Part shown: positions 1 to 8,077 of the stretch, piece after piece
How positions within the stretch are numbered: position 1 is the stretch's first letter
How the letters are laid out: the number at the start of each line of letters is the position of its first letter
DNA from: Caldisericia bacterium
Lineage (GTDB): Bacteria > Caldisericota > Caldisericia > JAAYUI01
Assembly (NCBI GenBank): GCA_963674785.1
Contig: OY771555.1
Location: forward strand, 320,001-384,000
DNA length: 64,000 bases
Direction of reading: 5' to 3'
Notes under the pieces: generated by a model
Seen by the model: the letters and a program-made list of their open reading frames with translations, nothing else
Told to the model about the DNA's origin: nothing
The model's database searches: none
Made by a program: the position numbers and the translations under genes

Positions 1-893
1 CTAACAACACCTCTCATCGATGAGATATCTGGAAGTATTATTAACTTCCCTTTCGGTCTTTTTTGATCAATCATCTCATTTAACATGTCGAATTTTTGGG
101 CAATACACAGATCATTAAATTCATTATCAAGCGATCTGATTTTGTTTTTGGAGTATCCATAAGAAAGGATGTAGACTTCCCTGCACATATTCCTTAAAAA
201 AGATTCCATAAATGTTGACAGTTGAAGCACACAAATTGTTGAAAAGCCTATGTTTTCAATGTTAATATGTGCAAATTCTATGGAGTTCCTTGATGACAAA
301 GTACTAAAATCATCAACTGAGTTTATTTCTTTCAACTTTTCATACTGAAGTTTGTTGTTTAAAATATTGTAATAACTTTTGGTGGCGAGAATTAAAGAAA
401 GCTGATCACTTGAACCATAATCATACTTAATGTAGTCACTTGCCTGATTGAACTCCGCAATAGGTGACATGTAGGGAAGAAATCCATTGGCCATTTCTCT
501 AATATTCATATATTGATTGAGCCAACCAAATTCAATTTTGAGATGACTATTTGTGAAATTCATCGGATTGAGAATGCCGTAAACTTCTCTCAGCTTATCA
601 GCAAACATTCTCGGAAAATCATCCATCCAGTTTATCCACTTTATTTGTTCACATTTTTTTATCTCCTCAACATACGAGCTAATGAGATCCTTTTCAGCTT
701 TTGATAAACTTGGAAGCTTTTTTCCCTGTTCATTCAAAGGCTCTTCAAAACTTGGTGTTCTTTTTGTATGAATTCTCTCTAAATTCTTATCATTGGATAT
801 TTTGAGTGATATTAAGCTGAAAGGATTGACTAGATTCCTAATAAAGAAAATAAAGATCAGATTATCATCATTGCTAATTTTACTATTTCCCAT
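1..893 (-). CDS. Hypothetical protein, runs off the left edge (at least 297 aa, MGNSKISNDD...PDISSMRGVV)
   Basis: Manual translation gives an open frame from ATG at 893 to the window edge with no stop. It is absent from the ORF track because it is truncated. Confidence 0.75.
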   Translation of the reverse strand, partial: MGNSKISNDDNLIFIFFIRNLVNPFSLISLKISNDKNLERIHTKRTPSFEEPLNEQGKKLPSLSKAEKDLISSYVEEIKKCEQIKWINWMDDFPRMFADKLREVYGILNPMNFTNSHLKIEFGWLNQYMNIREMANGFLPYMSPIAEFNQASDYIKYDYGSSDQLSLILATKSYYNILNNKLQYEKLKEINSVDDFSTLSSRNSIEFAHINIENIGFSTICVLQLSTFMESFLRNMCREVYILSYGYSKNKIRSLDNEFNDLCIAQKFDMLNEMIDQKRPKGKLIILPDISSMRGVV

Positions 894-989
894 ACAACTA
901 ATTATACACCAAAACCCACGCTTTTCAAAAGCCTTTCTCCTCAAAAAATGTCGGTTTGTTTTAGAATTTACGCATCTTTTAGATACCCT

Positions 990-1185
990 AGATTCCCGGT
1001 CGTAGCAGGGAATAACGAGGATAGGATGCGGGATGACATTGAGAGATTTCTAGATTCATGATCTTAGCCAGCAATAATAAGGAAAGGAACGACATTCGAG
1101 ATTTTGAATCAAGTTCAGGATGAAGATATCACAAAAAGGGTGTAACTTATCAATCTTGGAAATTCAGGGTTCAAGCTCAGAATAT
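990..1185. repeat. Cluster of degenerate REP-like palindromes
   Basis: AGATTCCCGGTCGTAGCAGGGAATAAC (990-1016), GGATGCGGGATGAC (~1024-1037), GAGATTTTGAATCAAGTTCAGGATGA (1098-1123) and a further degenerate unit at ~1160-1185. Confidence 0.7.
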
Positions 1186-1197
1186 AGAATAGGAAGT

Positions 1198-1222
1198 GGG
1201 GATGGCTGTTTATGTCATCCCC
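1198..1222. terminator. Hairpin downstream of the 1240-1758 gene
   Basis: GGGGATGGC-tgtttat-GTCATCCCC inverted repeat. Confidence 0.45.
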
Positions 1223-1239
1223 GAAAATTGAACATGAAT

Positions 1240-1758
1240 CTATTTTAAAACAACACTATCCATCATAGCTTTGATATCTGGTGTGAGTTCGCGGGTTTTT
1301 GTGTTTGCCTTTACAACAAGCATTTTTCCCTCGTCACCATACATTGTAGCATAGTGAGTCTGATGAGTTCCTGATGCTTCATATCTTGTCATATAGAAAT
1401 CTTTCCCCCACATGCTGACTTCTTCGATTGGCTCGCCTTCATATGCTGAAATTGCCTGCTCGATGAATATTTTTGGATAACCTTCACTTTGATTTTCACC
1501 CTCTAAAGCAATCTGAAGTGCTTCAGTTCCCTTGTAAATCTGAATTCCCCCTGTGACATCCCATTTTGTCCAGCCGTCAAGCACAGTGATTGTCATAAAA
1601 TCTGTTTCAACTTCAGTACCCTTGATCTTTTTGGTCGAGGCATTTTCACTCTTTGGGGTTTCGTTGGTCGTGTTATTTGTAGTGGTTTTTTCCCCACCAC
1701 ACGATGCCAAACCAATCATCAATACAAAAACAAGCAATCCAGTAAAAATTCTTTTCAT
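1240..1758 (-). CDS. Lipoprotein, possible PsbP/DcrB-like fold
   Basis: Signal peptide with lipobox LASC, Thr/Asn-rich linker, GAGGAG RBS, C-terminal 'AMMDSVVLK'. Confidence 0.8.
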   Translation of the reverse strand: MKRIFTGLLVFVLMIGLASCGGEKTTTNNTTNETPKSENASTKKIKGTEVETDFMTITVLDGWTKWDVTGGIQIYKGTEALQIALEGENQSEGYPKIFIEQAISAYEGEPIEEVSMWGKDFYMTRYEASGTHQTHYATMYGDEGKMLVVKANTKTRELTPDIKAMMDSVVLK

Positions 1759-1883
1759 AAGTTCTCCTCTTTCTTTTCTAATTGACCAATAAATTATAAG
1801 CAGGTCAGGTATCAGGCACTGTATAACACAGCATATAAAAGATGTAAAACCAGGAAAGTTTAAAAATGTTTCAATATAATTAA

Positions 1884-1910
1884 TAACTACCAGAATAATA
1901 CTGGTAGTTA
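1884..1910. terminator. Intrinsic terminator-like hairpin
   Basis: TAACTACCAG-aataata-CTGGTAGTTA, a perfect 10-bp stem 5 nt beyond the stop at 1916. Confidence 0.6.
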
Positions 1911-1915
1911 GATTC

Positions 1916-2542
1916 CTACTTGATAAACTCCATCGCCATCATCAAAAAACCACTAAAAGCTGCGTTATTAGGAGACAATTTTAGAGAGACTTCTTTTTTC
2001 ATCGTATTAATACAATCTCGATACTTGACAAAGAATTTGTAGTTTGGTCTCGGCCGATAAACCAAATCTTCAAGCTCAAAAACCTTAATTACATTCTTGA
2101 CTGTTGTTGGCTTAAAAAGCAAGTCAGTATCTGGGTAGTAGTAACATCTGAAAACTGTCATAACAGTCCATTTCGCAAGTTTATGCTGATCTAGTACATC
2201 CAAAAATTGGCAAAATCCAGAAAACTCATCACCATGGAGAAGTTCATGCAATGCGCTCACCATCTCTGTTTTTTCATCTGAATTCATACTCCTTACAGCA
2301 TCGCGAAATTTTGGTTTTTCAAAAACTGAAACCATGGATGAACGTGAGACCAACTTAATCATGTTTTCTGAGGATTCGTCTATGTCTTTAAACATATCCC
2401 CTGAGAAGCTCTCATGCACAAAAGAAGTCAACTTATCCATCTTATGTTTTTTTGAAATCTTTTGTATCTCAGGATTTTCAAATCCACCCGGATACGTCTC
2501 AAAAAACATTCCTTCTGCTTCTTTTAGTTTTTTTATATTCAT
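1916..2542 (-). CDS. Conserved hypothetical protein (MNIKKLKEAE...YPGGF)
   Basis: Long ORF. Start chosen at 2542 behind a GGAG RBS. Confidence 0.8.
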   Translation of the reverse strand: MNIKKLKEAEGMFFETYPGGFENPEIQKISKKHKMDKLTSFVHESFSGDMFKDIDESSENMIKLVSRSSMVSVFEKPKFRDAVRSMNSDEKTEMVSALHELLHGDEFSGFCQFLDVLDQHKLAKWTVMTVFRCYYYPDTDLLFKPTTVKNVIKVFELEDLVYRPRPNYKFFVKYRDCINTMKKEVSLKLSPNNAAFSGFLMMAMEFIK

Positions 2543-2690
2543 CTGGGTTTTCTCCTGGTCTGTTGTATTTAAATGTATATGAGTTGACATGCTTTTTCAA
2601 TAAGGCTCGAGATTTATAAAAGATACCAAATGGATTTGAATTGAAATTTTTGTGACCCAATGATATCCTGTTCCCAATAGGAGGGTATAC

Positions 2691-3074
2691 ATGAGTAATC
2701 AAACAAACGTAAGAATTATTAGATGGGTTCTAAGGATAGTTGCAACCGCACTTGCCATTTTGATACCGTGGTATCTATTCAGAAGTATCCAAATTTCAGC
2801 ATCAATGTCTGTGTTTTCTTTAATAGGTGTAATTTCCTATATTATCTATTTTATCGTTATTGCTGGGTTGATTACATTCTGGTTTAATGAAGTATGGGCT
2901 GGAATAATCATTTTGATAGGTCTATTTCTCATTTTAATTGTTGGTGCCCTATCTCTGGGTCGAATACACTTAGATTGGTATTACTTTTCTGTGGTTATCC
3001 TGGCAGTTGTTTTTATTTTGTTTGGGAATTGGAGTAAAAAAACTTTAAAAAATGTAGTTTTTAAAAACTATTAG
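2691..3074 (+). CDS. Small 4-TM membrane protein
   Basis: AGGAGG RBS and four hydrophobic segments. Confidence 0.8.
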   Translation: MSNQTNVRIIRWVLRIVATALAILIPWYLFRSIQISASMSVFSLIGVISYIIYFIVIAGLITFWFNEVWAGIIILIGLFLILIVGALSLGRIHLDWYYFSVVILAVVFILFGNWSKKTLKNVVFKNY

Positions 3075-3166
3075 GGTAGTCATAAAACTCGTAAGTTTCG
3101 AATTAGATCTCAAAGAATACAGATATGTATAAAAGAGATGTGAGAATGAGAATGAGATTGATTTGA

Positions 3167-4078
3167 TTATGTTATCCTCTTGAATTTCTGCGATAACCAA
3201 TATTTTAGTGTGTTCAACCTCCATTTTCTGATTACTTTATCAAACTCTCTCCAGTATTTTTCCTTATGACCATTTGCCGATCTTTCAAATAATTGGTCTC
3301 TTATTTTCAAAGTATATTGGTTTTCACCTACTGATAATTCTCCAAAAGATATTGCATTTGAAGGACAATGATTCATACATCTTAAACAATGCAGGCAACC
3401 AACATCATCTATTATTTCAATTCTGACATCCCCTACTACCAAGTTATTATCTGGACATTTTCCTGCGCACAACCCACACAGAATGCATTTATCAGGATTT
3501 ATCTGCAATTTTTGATATTTTGTTATCTCAATATCTCCGACAATTCTACTTATTATTCTGCTTATTATACTTTGATTTCTATTTTGTTTTTGTGTTGATG
3601 GAGAATTGACTTTATCGATTATTTCTTCTGTAAATTCCTTAATTCTTTCAGAAATACTGTCCTCAAAAAACATCACAGATTGATACTCGTAGTCATCTTT
3701 TGGTTTTCTTGCTGAGATTCCACATGATGGTGATTTGAAGGATTTTTTTGAAATCAAGCCAAATCCATCAAGTTTTTCTGAAAAATCGGTGAATGAATAT
3801 GCATTAAATCTGGCATATGTTGAAAACTGAAAGTATTTATTTTTTCGAGCTTTCTTGGCGATAACCGGGAGAACTCTGTCAAATATTTCTGGATATGAAA
3901 ATTTATAAACAGGAAAACCAAAGCCTAGAATCTTGCCTTCAAAATCAAGCTCTGATATATCTTTCTCAATAGAAACCATTTGGACAGAATGATTTTTTGA
4001 TTCGAGAGATTCTTTTATTTTTGTGGTTATAAGCTCAGTATTTCCTGTTCCTGAAAAATATAAAATCAAGAATTCCAT
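3167..4078 (-). CDS. EFR1-type flavodoxin/4Fe-4S ferredoxin fusion
   Basis: N-terminal YFSGTGNT and GFPVY flavodoxin motifs; two CxxCxxCxxxCP motifs. Confidence 0.9.
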   Translation of the reverse strand: MEFLILYFSGTGNTELITTKIKESLESKNHSVQMVSIEKDISELDFEGKILGFGFPVYKFSYPEIFDRVLPVIAKKARKNKYFQFSTYARFNAYSFTDFSEKLDGFGLISKKSFKSPSCGISARKPKDDYEYQSVMFFEDSISERIKEFTEEIIDKVNSPSTQKQNRNQSIISRIISRIVGDIEITKYQKLQINPDKCILCGLCAGKCPDNNLVVGDVRIEIIDDVGCLHCLRCMNHCPSNAISFGELSVGENQYTLKIRDQLFERSANGHKEKYWREFDKVIRKWRLNTLKYWLSQKFKRIT

Positions 4079-4173
4079 TGTCTTGTGTCCCTCCTATTGT
4101 TGTCACTATTGTAGTCGAATTCCCAGAAAATAATACTAATGCAATATTCTTTGAAGATGTCATTTTAGTCTGG

Positions 4174-4200
4174 AGATTCCCGGTCGTAGCCGGGAATGAC
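4174..4200. repeat. REP-like palindrome
   Basis: AGATTCCCGG-tcgtag-CCGGGAATGAC, 25/27 identical to 990-1016. Confidence 0.8.
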
Positions 4201-4238
4201 AAAAGTATAGTTTTCTCATAGTCAAAAGGGGTCTTGTT

Positions 4239-4275
4239 ATGGCGGAAGATAACTCCAGTAACCCGCTTTCCAGGC
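4239..4275 (-). repeat. Internally deleted duplicate of the tRNA-Ser 3' half
   Basis: 4247-4275 is identical to 4357-4385 (29 nt), and 4239-4246 is identical to 4323-4330. Confidence 0.9.
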
Positions 4276-4323
4276 ATAAGGGTGTAGGTTTCAGGTTAGG
4301 TTTCCTTTGAAGGCGATATTTGA

Positions 4324-4415
4324 TGGCGGAGAGTGAGGGATTCGAACCCACGTACCAGATAACTCCAGTAACCCGCTTTCCAGGCGGGCGCCTTCAACCG
4401 CTCAGCCAACTCTCC
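4324..4415 (-). tRNA. tRNA-Ser(GGA)
   Basis: GGAGAG...CTCTCCGCCA acceptor stem with encoded CCA, anticodon arm CCCGC-CT-GGA-AA-GCGGG, long variable arm, GGTTCGAATCC T-loop. Confidence 0.97.
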
Positions 4416-4435
4416 ATCCAAGTTTCAGACTAGAC

Positions 4436-4463
4436 ATTATGTGGATAGTGCGGGAATTGTCAA
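4436..4463 (-). promoter_or_regulatory. Sigma70-type promoter of the tRNA
   Basis: TTGACA-16 nt-CATAAT on the minus strand. Confidence 0.65.
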
Positions 4464-4477
4464 GGAGCTTTGGGAAG

Positions 4478-5386
4478 TCAAAAACCGAATAAATCACTCA
4501 AGTCTTCGATTTTTGGTGAATCAAAAACATGAAAATCATTTCGACCGCGGAGGAAAGAAAGTTGCCTTTTGGCATATCTTCTTGTAACCATCTTCATATT
4601 ATCAAGTGCCTCTTCCAAAGTCCAGTTTCCACAGAGATGCTCAAGAACTGATGGATAACCATGCGCCATTACCCTTCTGACATCGAATTCAAGCCCATCA
4701 TCTTTTAGTTTTTTGACTTCATCTAAAAAACCCATCTCAACCATCAGGTCAACACGCTTGTTTATTCGGCCATATAAAATGTCCCTTGGTCTTGTGATAG
4801 CTAAATTAATGTATTCATATGGCAGTCGATATTTTGTCTCAAAAATCTCTGACCTTGGTTTTCCAGTTATTTGATAAATCTCAAGTGAACGCACAATCCT
4901 TTTTGTATCATTTTCTGAAATCTTGTCAGCGGATGCTTTATCAACTTTCTTGAGTTCATCATGAAGTTTTTTCAAACCCTCATTTTCAACTCTTTCAAAA
5001 AGCTTACCTCGAATAACCTCATCGGCAGGAGGAGTAGGAGAAAAGCCATCAATCAGGCTTTGAATCCACATGTATGAGCCACCACAAACAATCGGAATTG
5101 AACCTCTATCAAGAATTTCTTTTATAAGAACATCTGCCTCCGCAAGAAATTTCGAGACATTGTAGTGTTCTTTCACTGAGATATGCCCAATGAGATGATG
5201 TGGAATGCCATCCATTTCGTCAGGTGTCGGTCTTGCAGTACCAATAAACAATTCCTTGTATATCTGCTGTGAATCAGCAGATATCACCTCACCATTTATC
5301 CTTTCGGCAAGCTCAACAGCAAGAGAGGTTTTTCCGCTGGCAGTAGGACCATATAAAATGACAACTTTCCCGACATAATCTAACAT
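4478..5386 (-). CDS. miaA: tRNA dimethylallyltransferase
   Basis: GPTASGKT, ISADSQQIY, IGTARP, PHHLIG and TRRYAKRQ motifs. Confidence 0.97.
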   Translation of the reverse strand: MLDYVGKVVILYGPTASGKTSLAVELAERINGEVISADSQQIYKELFIGTARPTPDEMDGIPHHLIGHISVKEHYNVSKFLAEADVLIKEILDRGSIPIVCGGSYMWIQSLIDGFSPTPPADEVIRGKLFERVENEGLKKLHDELKKVDKASADKISENDTKRIVRSLEIYQITGKPRSEIFETKYRLPYEYINLAITRPRDILYGRINKRVDLMVEMGFLDEVKKLKDDGLEFDVRRVMAHGYPSVLEHLCGNWTLEEALDNMKMVTRRYAKRQLSFLRGRNDFHVFDSPKIEDLSDLFGF

Positions 5387-5538
5387 TGATATTGGATTAT
5401 AATTCAGAAGATTGGTATTGGCAAGATTCCAAAAAATCAACAAACTGTAAATACTCCCTTTAGTATAAGGATTTCTTGATTCTTTACCAAAATGAAAAAC
5501 TGGCTATAATAGATAATTGTGATAATGGAGTTTTTATT

Positions 5539-6072
5539 ATGAATAAAATGAGCGTACCAAGGGCAGTCGTTGTCTGTACTGCTTTTCTAATTTTTTCTAT
5601 TCTTTTTTCTGTTTTTGTGTTTGGCGGTGTTCCCGTTGGTCCAATCCTTGAATACGAAAAACCCCTGATTGAAGCATGGATTTCATGGAACAATCTTAAC
5701 TATATTGGTGATTATTGTGACACGATTTATGGCGGTGAAAAGCCTTCATATGATACAACTGAAGGAAAATACAACTACATCAGAAGCAATCATCGAGATC
5801 GACCTTGGCTAAAAATCGACAAAAACTGGCTTTCGAATCTCTCAGATTTTGAGAAGCCCAGGCTCAATTTATGGATACTGATCAATAACTTCAATGAATT
5901 TGGGGATCATATCGATACCCTTTATATCGGTGGAACACCCCTGTTTAACGAACAAACAGGGACAGAGGTTTCATATGATGAGTACATACTAACAAAATTC
6001 CCGGAAAGACCGTGGAATGATGAAAAGTATTACTCATCACCTTCAAAACCGGAGGAAATAAAGAATGAATGA
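5539..6072 (+). CDS. Secreted hypothetical protein with a tandemly duplicated ~52-aa domain
   Basis: N-terminal hydrophobic segment; two copies of EKP..W...NN.N..GD..DT.Y..G..P...RPW. Confidence 0.75.
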   Translation: MNKMSVPRAVVVCTAFLIFSILFSVFVFGGVPVGPILEYEKPLIEAWISWNNLNYIGDYCDTIYGGEKPSYDTTEGKYNYIRSNHRDRPWLKIDKNWLSNLSDFEKPRLNLWILINNFNEFGDHIDTLYIGGTPLFNEQTGTEVSYDEYILTKFPERPWNDEKYYSSPSKPEEIKNE

Positions 6073-6466
6073 AAATCCAATTGGGAAAAAAGTGCTTGTT
6101 GTCGAAGACGAATTGGCAATAGCAAAGCTCATAAAGTATGTCTTAGAAAATGCCGGATTTGAGGTCACACTTATTCACGAAGGAAACAAGGTTCTCTCAA
6201 CCATTTCAGAAACTAATCCAGATATCATGGTACTTGATCTTATGCTTCCAGTTCTTTCAGGTTATGACATCCTAACTCAAATGGAAGAAAAAGGAATCCT
6301 TGAATCAACTCCGGTTATTGTGCTGACATGCCGTGGACAAGAAGAAGACAAGACAAAAGCAATGCGACTTGGAGCATCTGAATTCATGACAAAACCATTT
6401 TCTCCATCCGGTCTTGTTGCAGTCATAAACTCTGTTTTAAACAAAAGCGGTGAAATTCATGGATAA
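6065..6466 (+). CDS. Single-domain response regulator (receiver)
   Basis: VLVVEDE, LDLMLP, VLT and KPF receiver motifs. Confidence 0.95.
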   Translation: MNENPIGKKVLVVEDELAIAKLIKYVLENAGFEVTLIHEGNKVLSTISETNPDIMVLDLMLPVLSGYDILTQMEEKGILESTPVIVLTCRGQEEDKTKAMRLGASEFMTKPFSPSGLVAVINSVLNKSGEIHG

Positions 6467-8042
6467 TAATGACCTAATCCTTGAAGAACTCGCAAACGCA
6501 TATGAACAGTTAAATATCTTTTACAACTGGTATGAAAAAATCTTCACCGGTATCAACTCTCAGAAAAAGCTTAGTGAAGCACTCTCAAATATTGCCAGAG
6601 CGACAAAGTCTCTTTGTGTGCTTTCGATATCAATTGGTAGAGGTCAAAGCCTGAAAGTTAACTCCTCATGGACATCATCAATTGATCTTGAAAAGATATT
6701 AGCTACTGAGCTCGAATCAAGAATCAATGAGCTCGAATCAAAACTTGTATCTCAAAGCAAACTTTCAATCACACTAGAACTTGATGGTAAGACTTTCTAC
6801 GCATTGGTTGTCCCATGGAAAACCAGAAGAGTAATCCATGGAATGTTCGTGTTCATAAAAGACAGTATGCCTTACAATGTCAGCGAACAGGTACTTCTAT
6901 TCAATACCTCAATTCAACTTGGTGTTCTTATGGATAGTGCAGACCTTGATTCCACAATTGAAAAAAACAACCAGGAACTTGCATCAATTCTCACAAAGGA
7001 TATTGCCGAGTTTGACTCCATTTTTAAACTCTTTGAAGAAAACACAAAACAAGGATATGAATTGTTTTCCGAAACAGACATACCCGAAGATACTAAGATA
7101 TATCTTATAGACACACATAAATGGGAGATCTTTTCATCAACGGAAAAGGATTATCAGGGAAAGGCGATAACTGAAATCATTCCAAGCGGAATTATCGATC
7201 GGATTAAAGAGGGAAAAGACTATAATGATTCGCTGCCAAATGGTGACTTGATATTGGTGAATTCAGTAAAAGATGAGAACCGAAGACACGTTGGATCATT
7301 CGTATTCATACACAAAACAGAGGCTGATAAAAAAGATATAGATAAACTTGCAAGATTCTGCAGAAGTCTTTTGATAAGAAAAGATTACAACACAAAGGCT
7401 CTTGAGTCTCTATCAAATATCTACATATCCAGACTGATTTCAATGTCAAAACTTGTTGATGCGATGCATCCAACTCTTTCAAGGAGACTATCAAACATCA
7501 ACCTTGTTTTAAAGCAGATGGGCAAAGCTCTAAGTCTCTCTGCTGACCAGATTGAGATACTTCTTGTTTCAGCAAAGCTTCTCGATGTGGCGTTAATCTA
7601 CCTTGATTACGAGACACTTGAGCGATATCTGATTCACGGCACACACACTCTGAATTCGGGGATACTTAGAAAGATACATGACCACCCAATAAAATCCGCA
7701 CATCTTCTCAGGTACCTACCAAAACTTAGAGAATGCATTCCTGTGATCGAAACGCACCACGAGAGGTGGGATGGACTTGGTTATCCAAATGGATTATCCG
7801 GAGAAAACATTCCTTACTTGGCAAGAATTCTTCATCTTGCCCAATCTCTTGCATTCAGAACAGAAAACCACTTCACTGACGCACTTGATATGTTACGTGA
7901 AAAAACAGAAGTTGGATGGCTCACAAGACAAGGCGGTAGGGCATTTGATCCACGTCTTGTTAAAGCTCTGCTTATTTCTCTCGGGTATCCTGTTTCTGAA
8001 GAACTTGAGCAAAGAATCTCCAAGCTGGATAAAAAAATATAA
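6459..8042 (+). CDS. GAF-like plus HD-GYP domain protein (degenerate HD motif)
   Basis: HHERWDGLGYPNGLSGENIP and AFDP motifs present; the HD position reads LLDVAL. Confidence 0.85.
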   Translation: MDNNDLILEELANAYEQLNIFYNWYEKIFTGINSQKKLSEALSNIARATKSLCVLSISIGRGQSLKVNSSWTSSIDLEKILATELESRINELESKLVSQSKLSITLELDGKTFYALVVPWKTRRVIHGMFVFIKDSMPYNVSEQVLLFNTSIQLGVLMDSADLDSTIEKNNQELASILTKDIAEFDSIFKLFEENTKQGYELFSETDIPEDTKIYLIDTHKWEIFSSTEKDYQGKAITEIIPSGIIDRIKEGKDYNDSLPNGDLILVNSVKDENRRHVGSFVFIHKTEADKKDIDKLARFCRSLLIRKDYNTKALESLSNIYISRLISMSKLVDAMHPTLSRRLSNINLVLKQMGKALSLSADQIEILLVSAKLLDVALIYLDYETLERYLIHGTHTLNSGILRKIHDHPIKSAHLLRYLPKLRECIPVIETHHERWDGLGYPNGLSGENIPYLARILHLAQSLAFRTENHFTDALDMLREKTEVGWLTRQGGRAFDPRLVKALLISLGYPVSEELEQRISKLDKKI

Positions 8043-8077
8043 AACCAGAATTCAAAGTTGGGGTTGGGGTATAAGAT

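Noticed and set aside
990-1230. Possible CRISPR array or integron attC sites
   Set aside because: The units are not identical or regularly spaced, no clear attC R/L box structure was found, and there is no cas or intI gene.
4160-4351. ORFs 4035-4277 and 4160-4351
   Set aside because: They overlap the tRNA, its duplicate fragment and a REP palindrome, so they are likely spurious.
6707-6741. TGAGCTCGAATCAA repeated at a 21-nt period
   Set aside because: This is a single in-frame heptad duplication (ELESRIN/ELESKLV) in a helix and is unremarkable.
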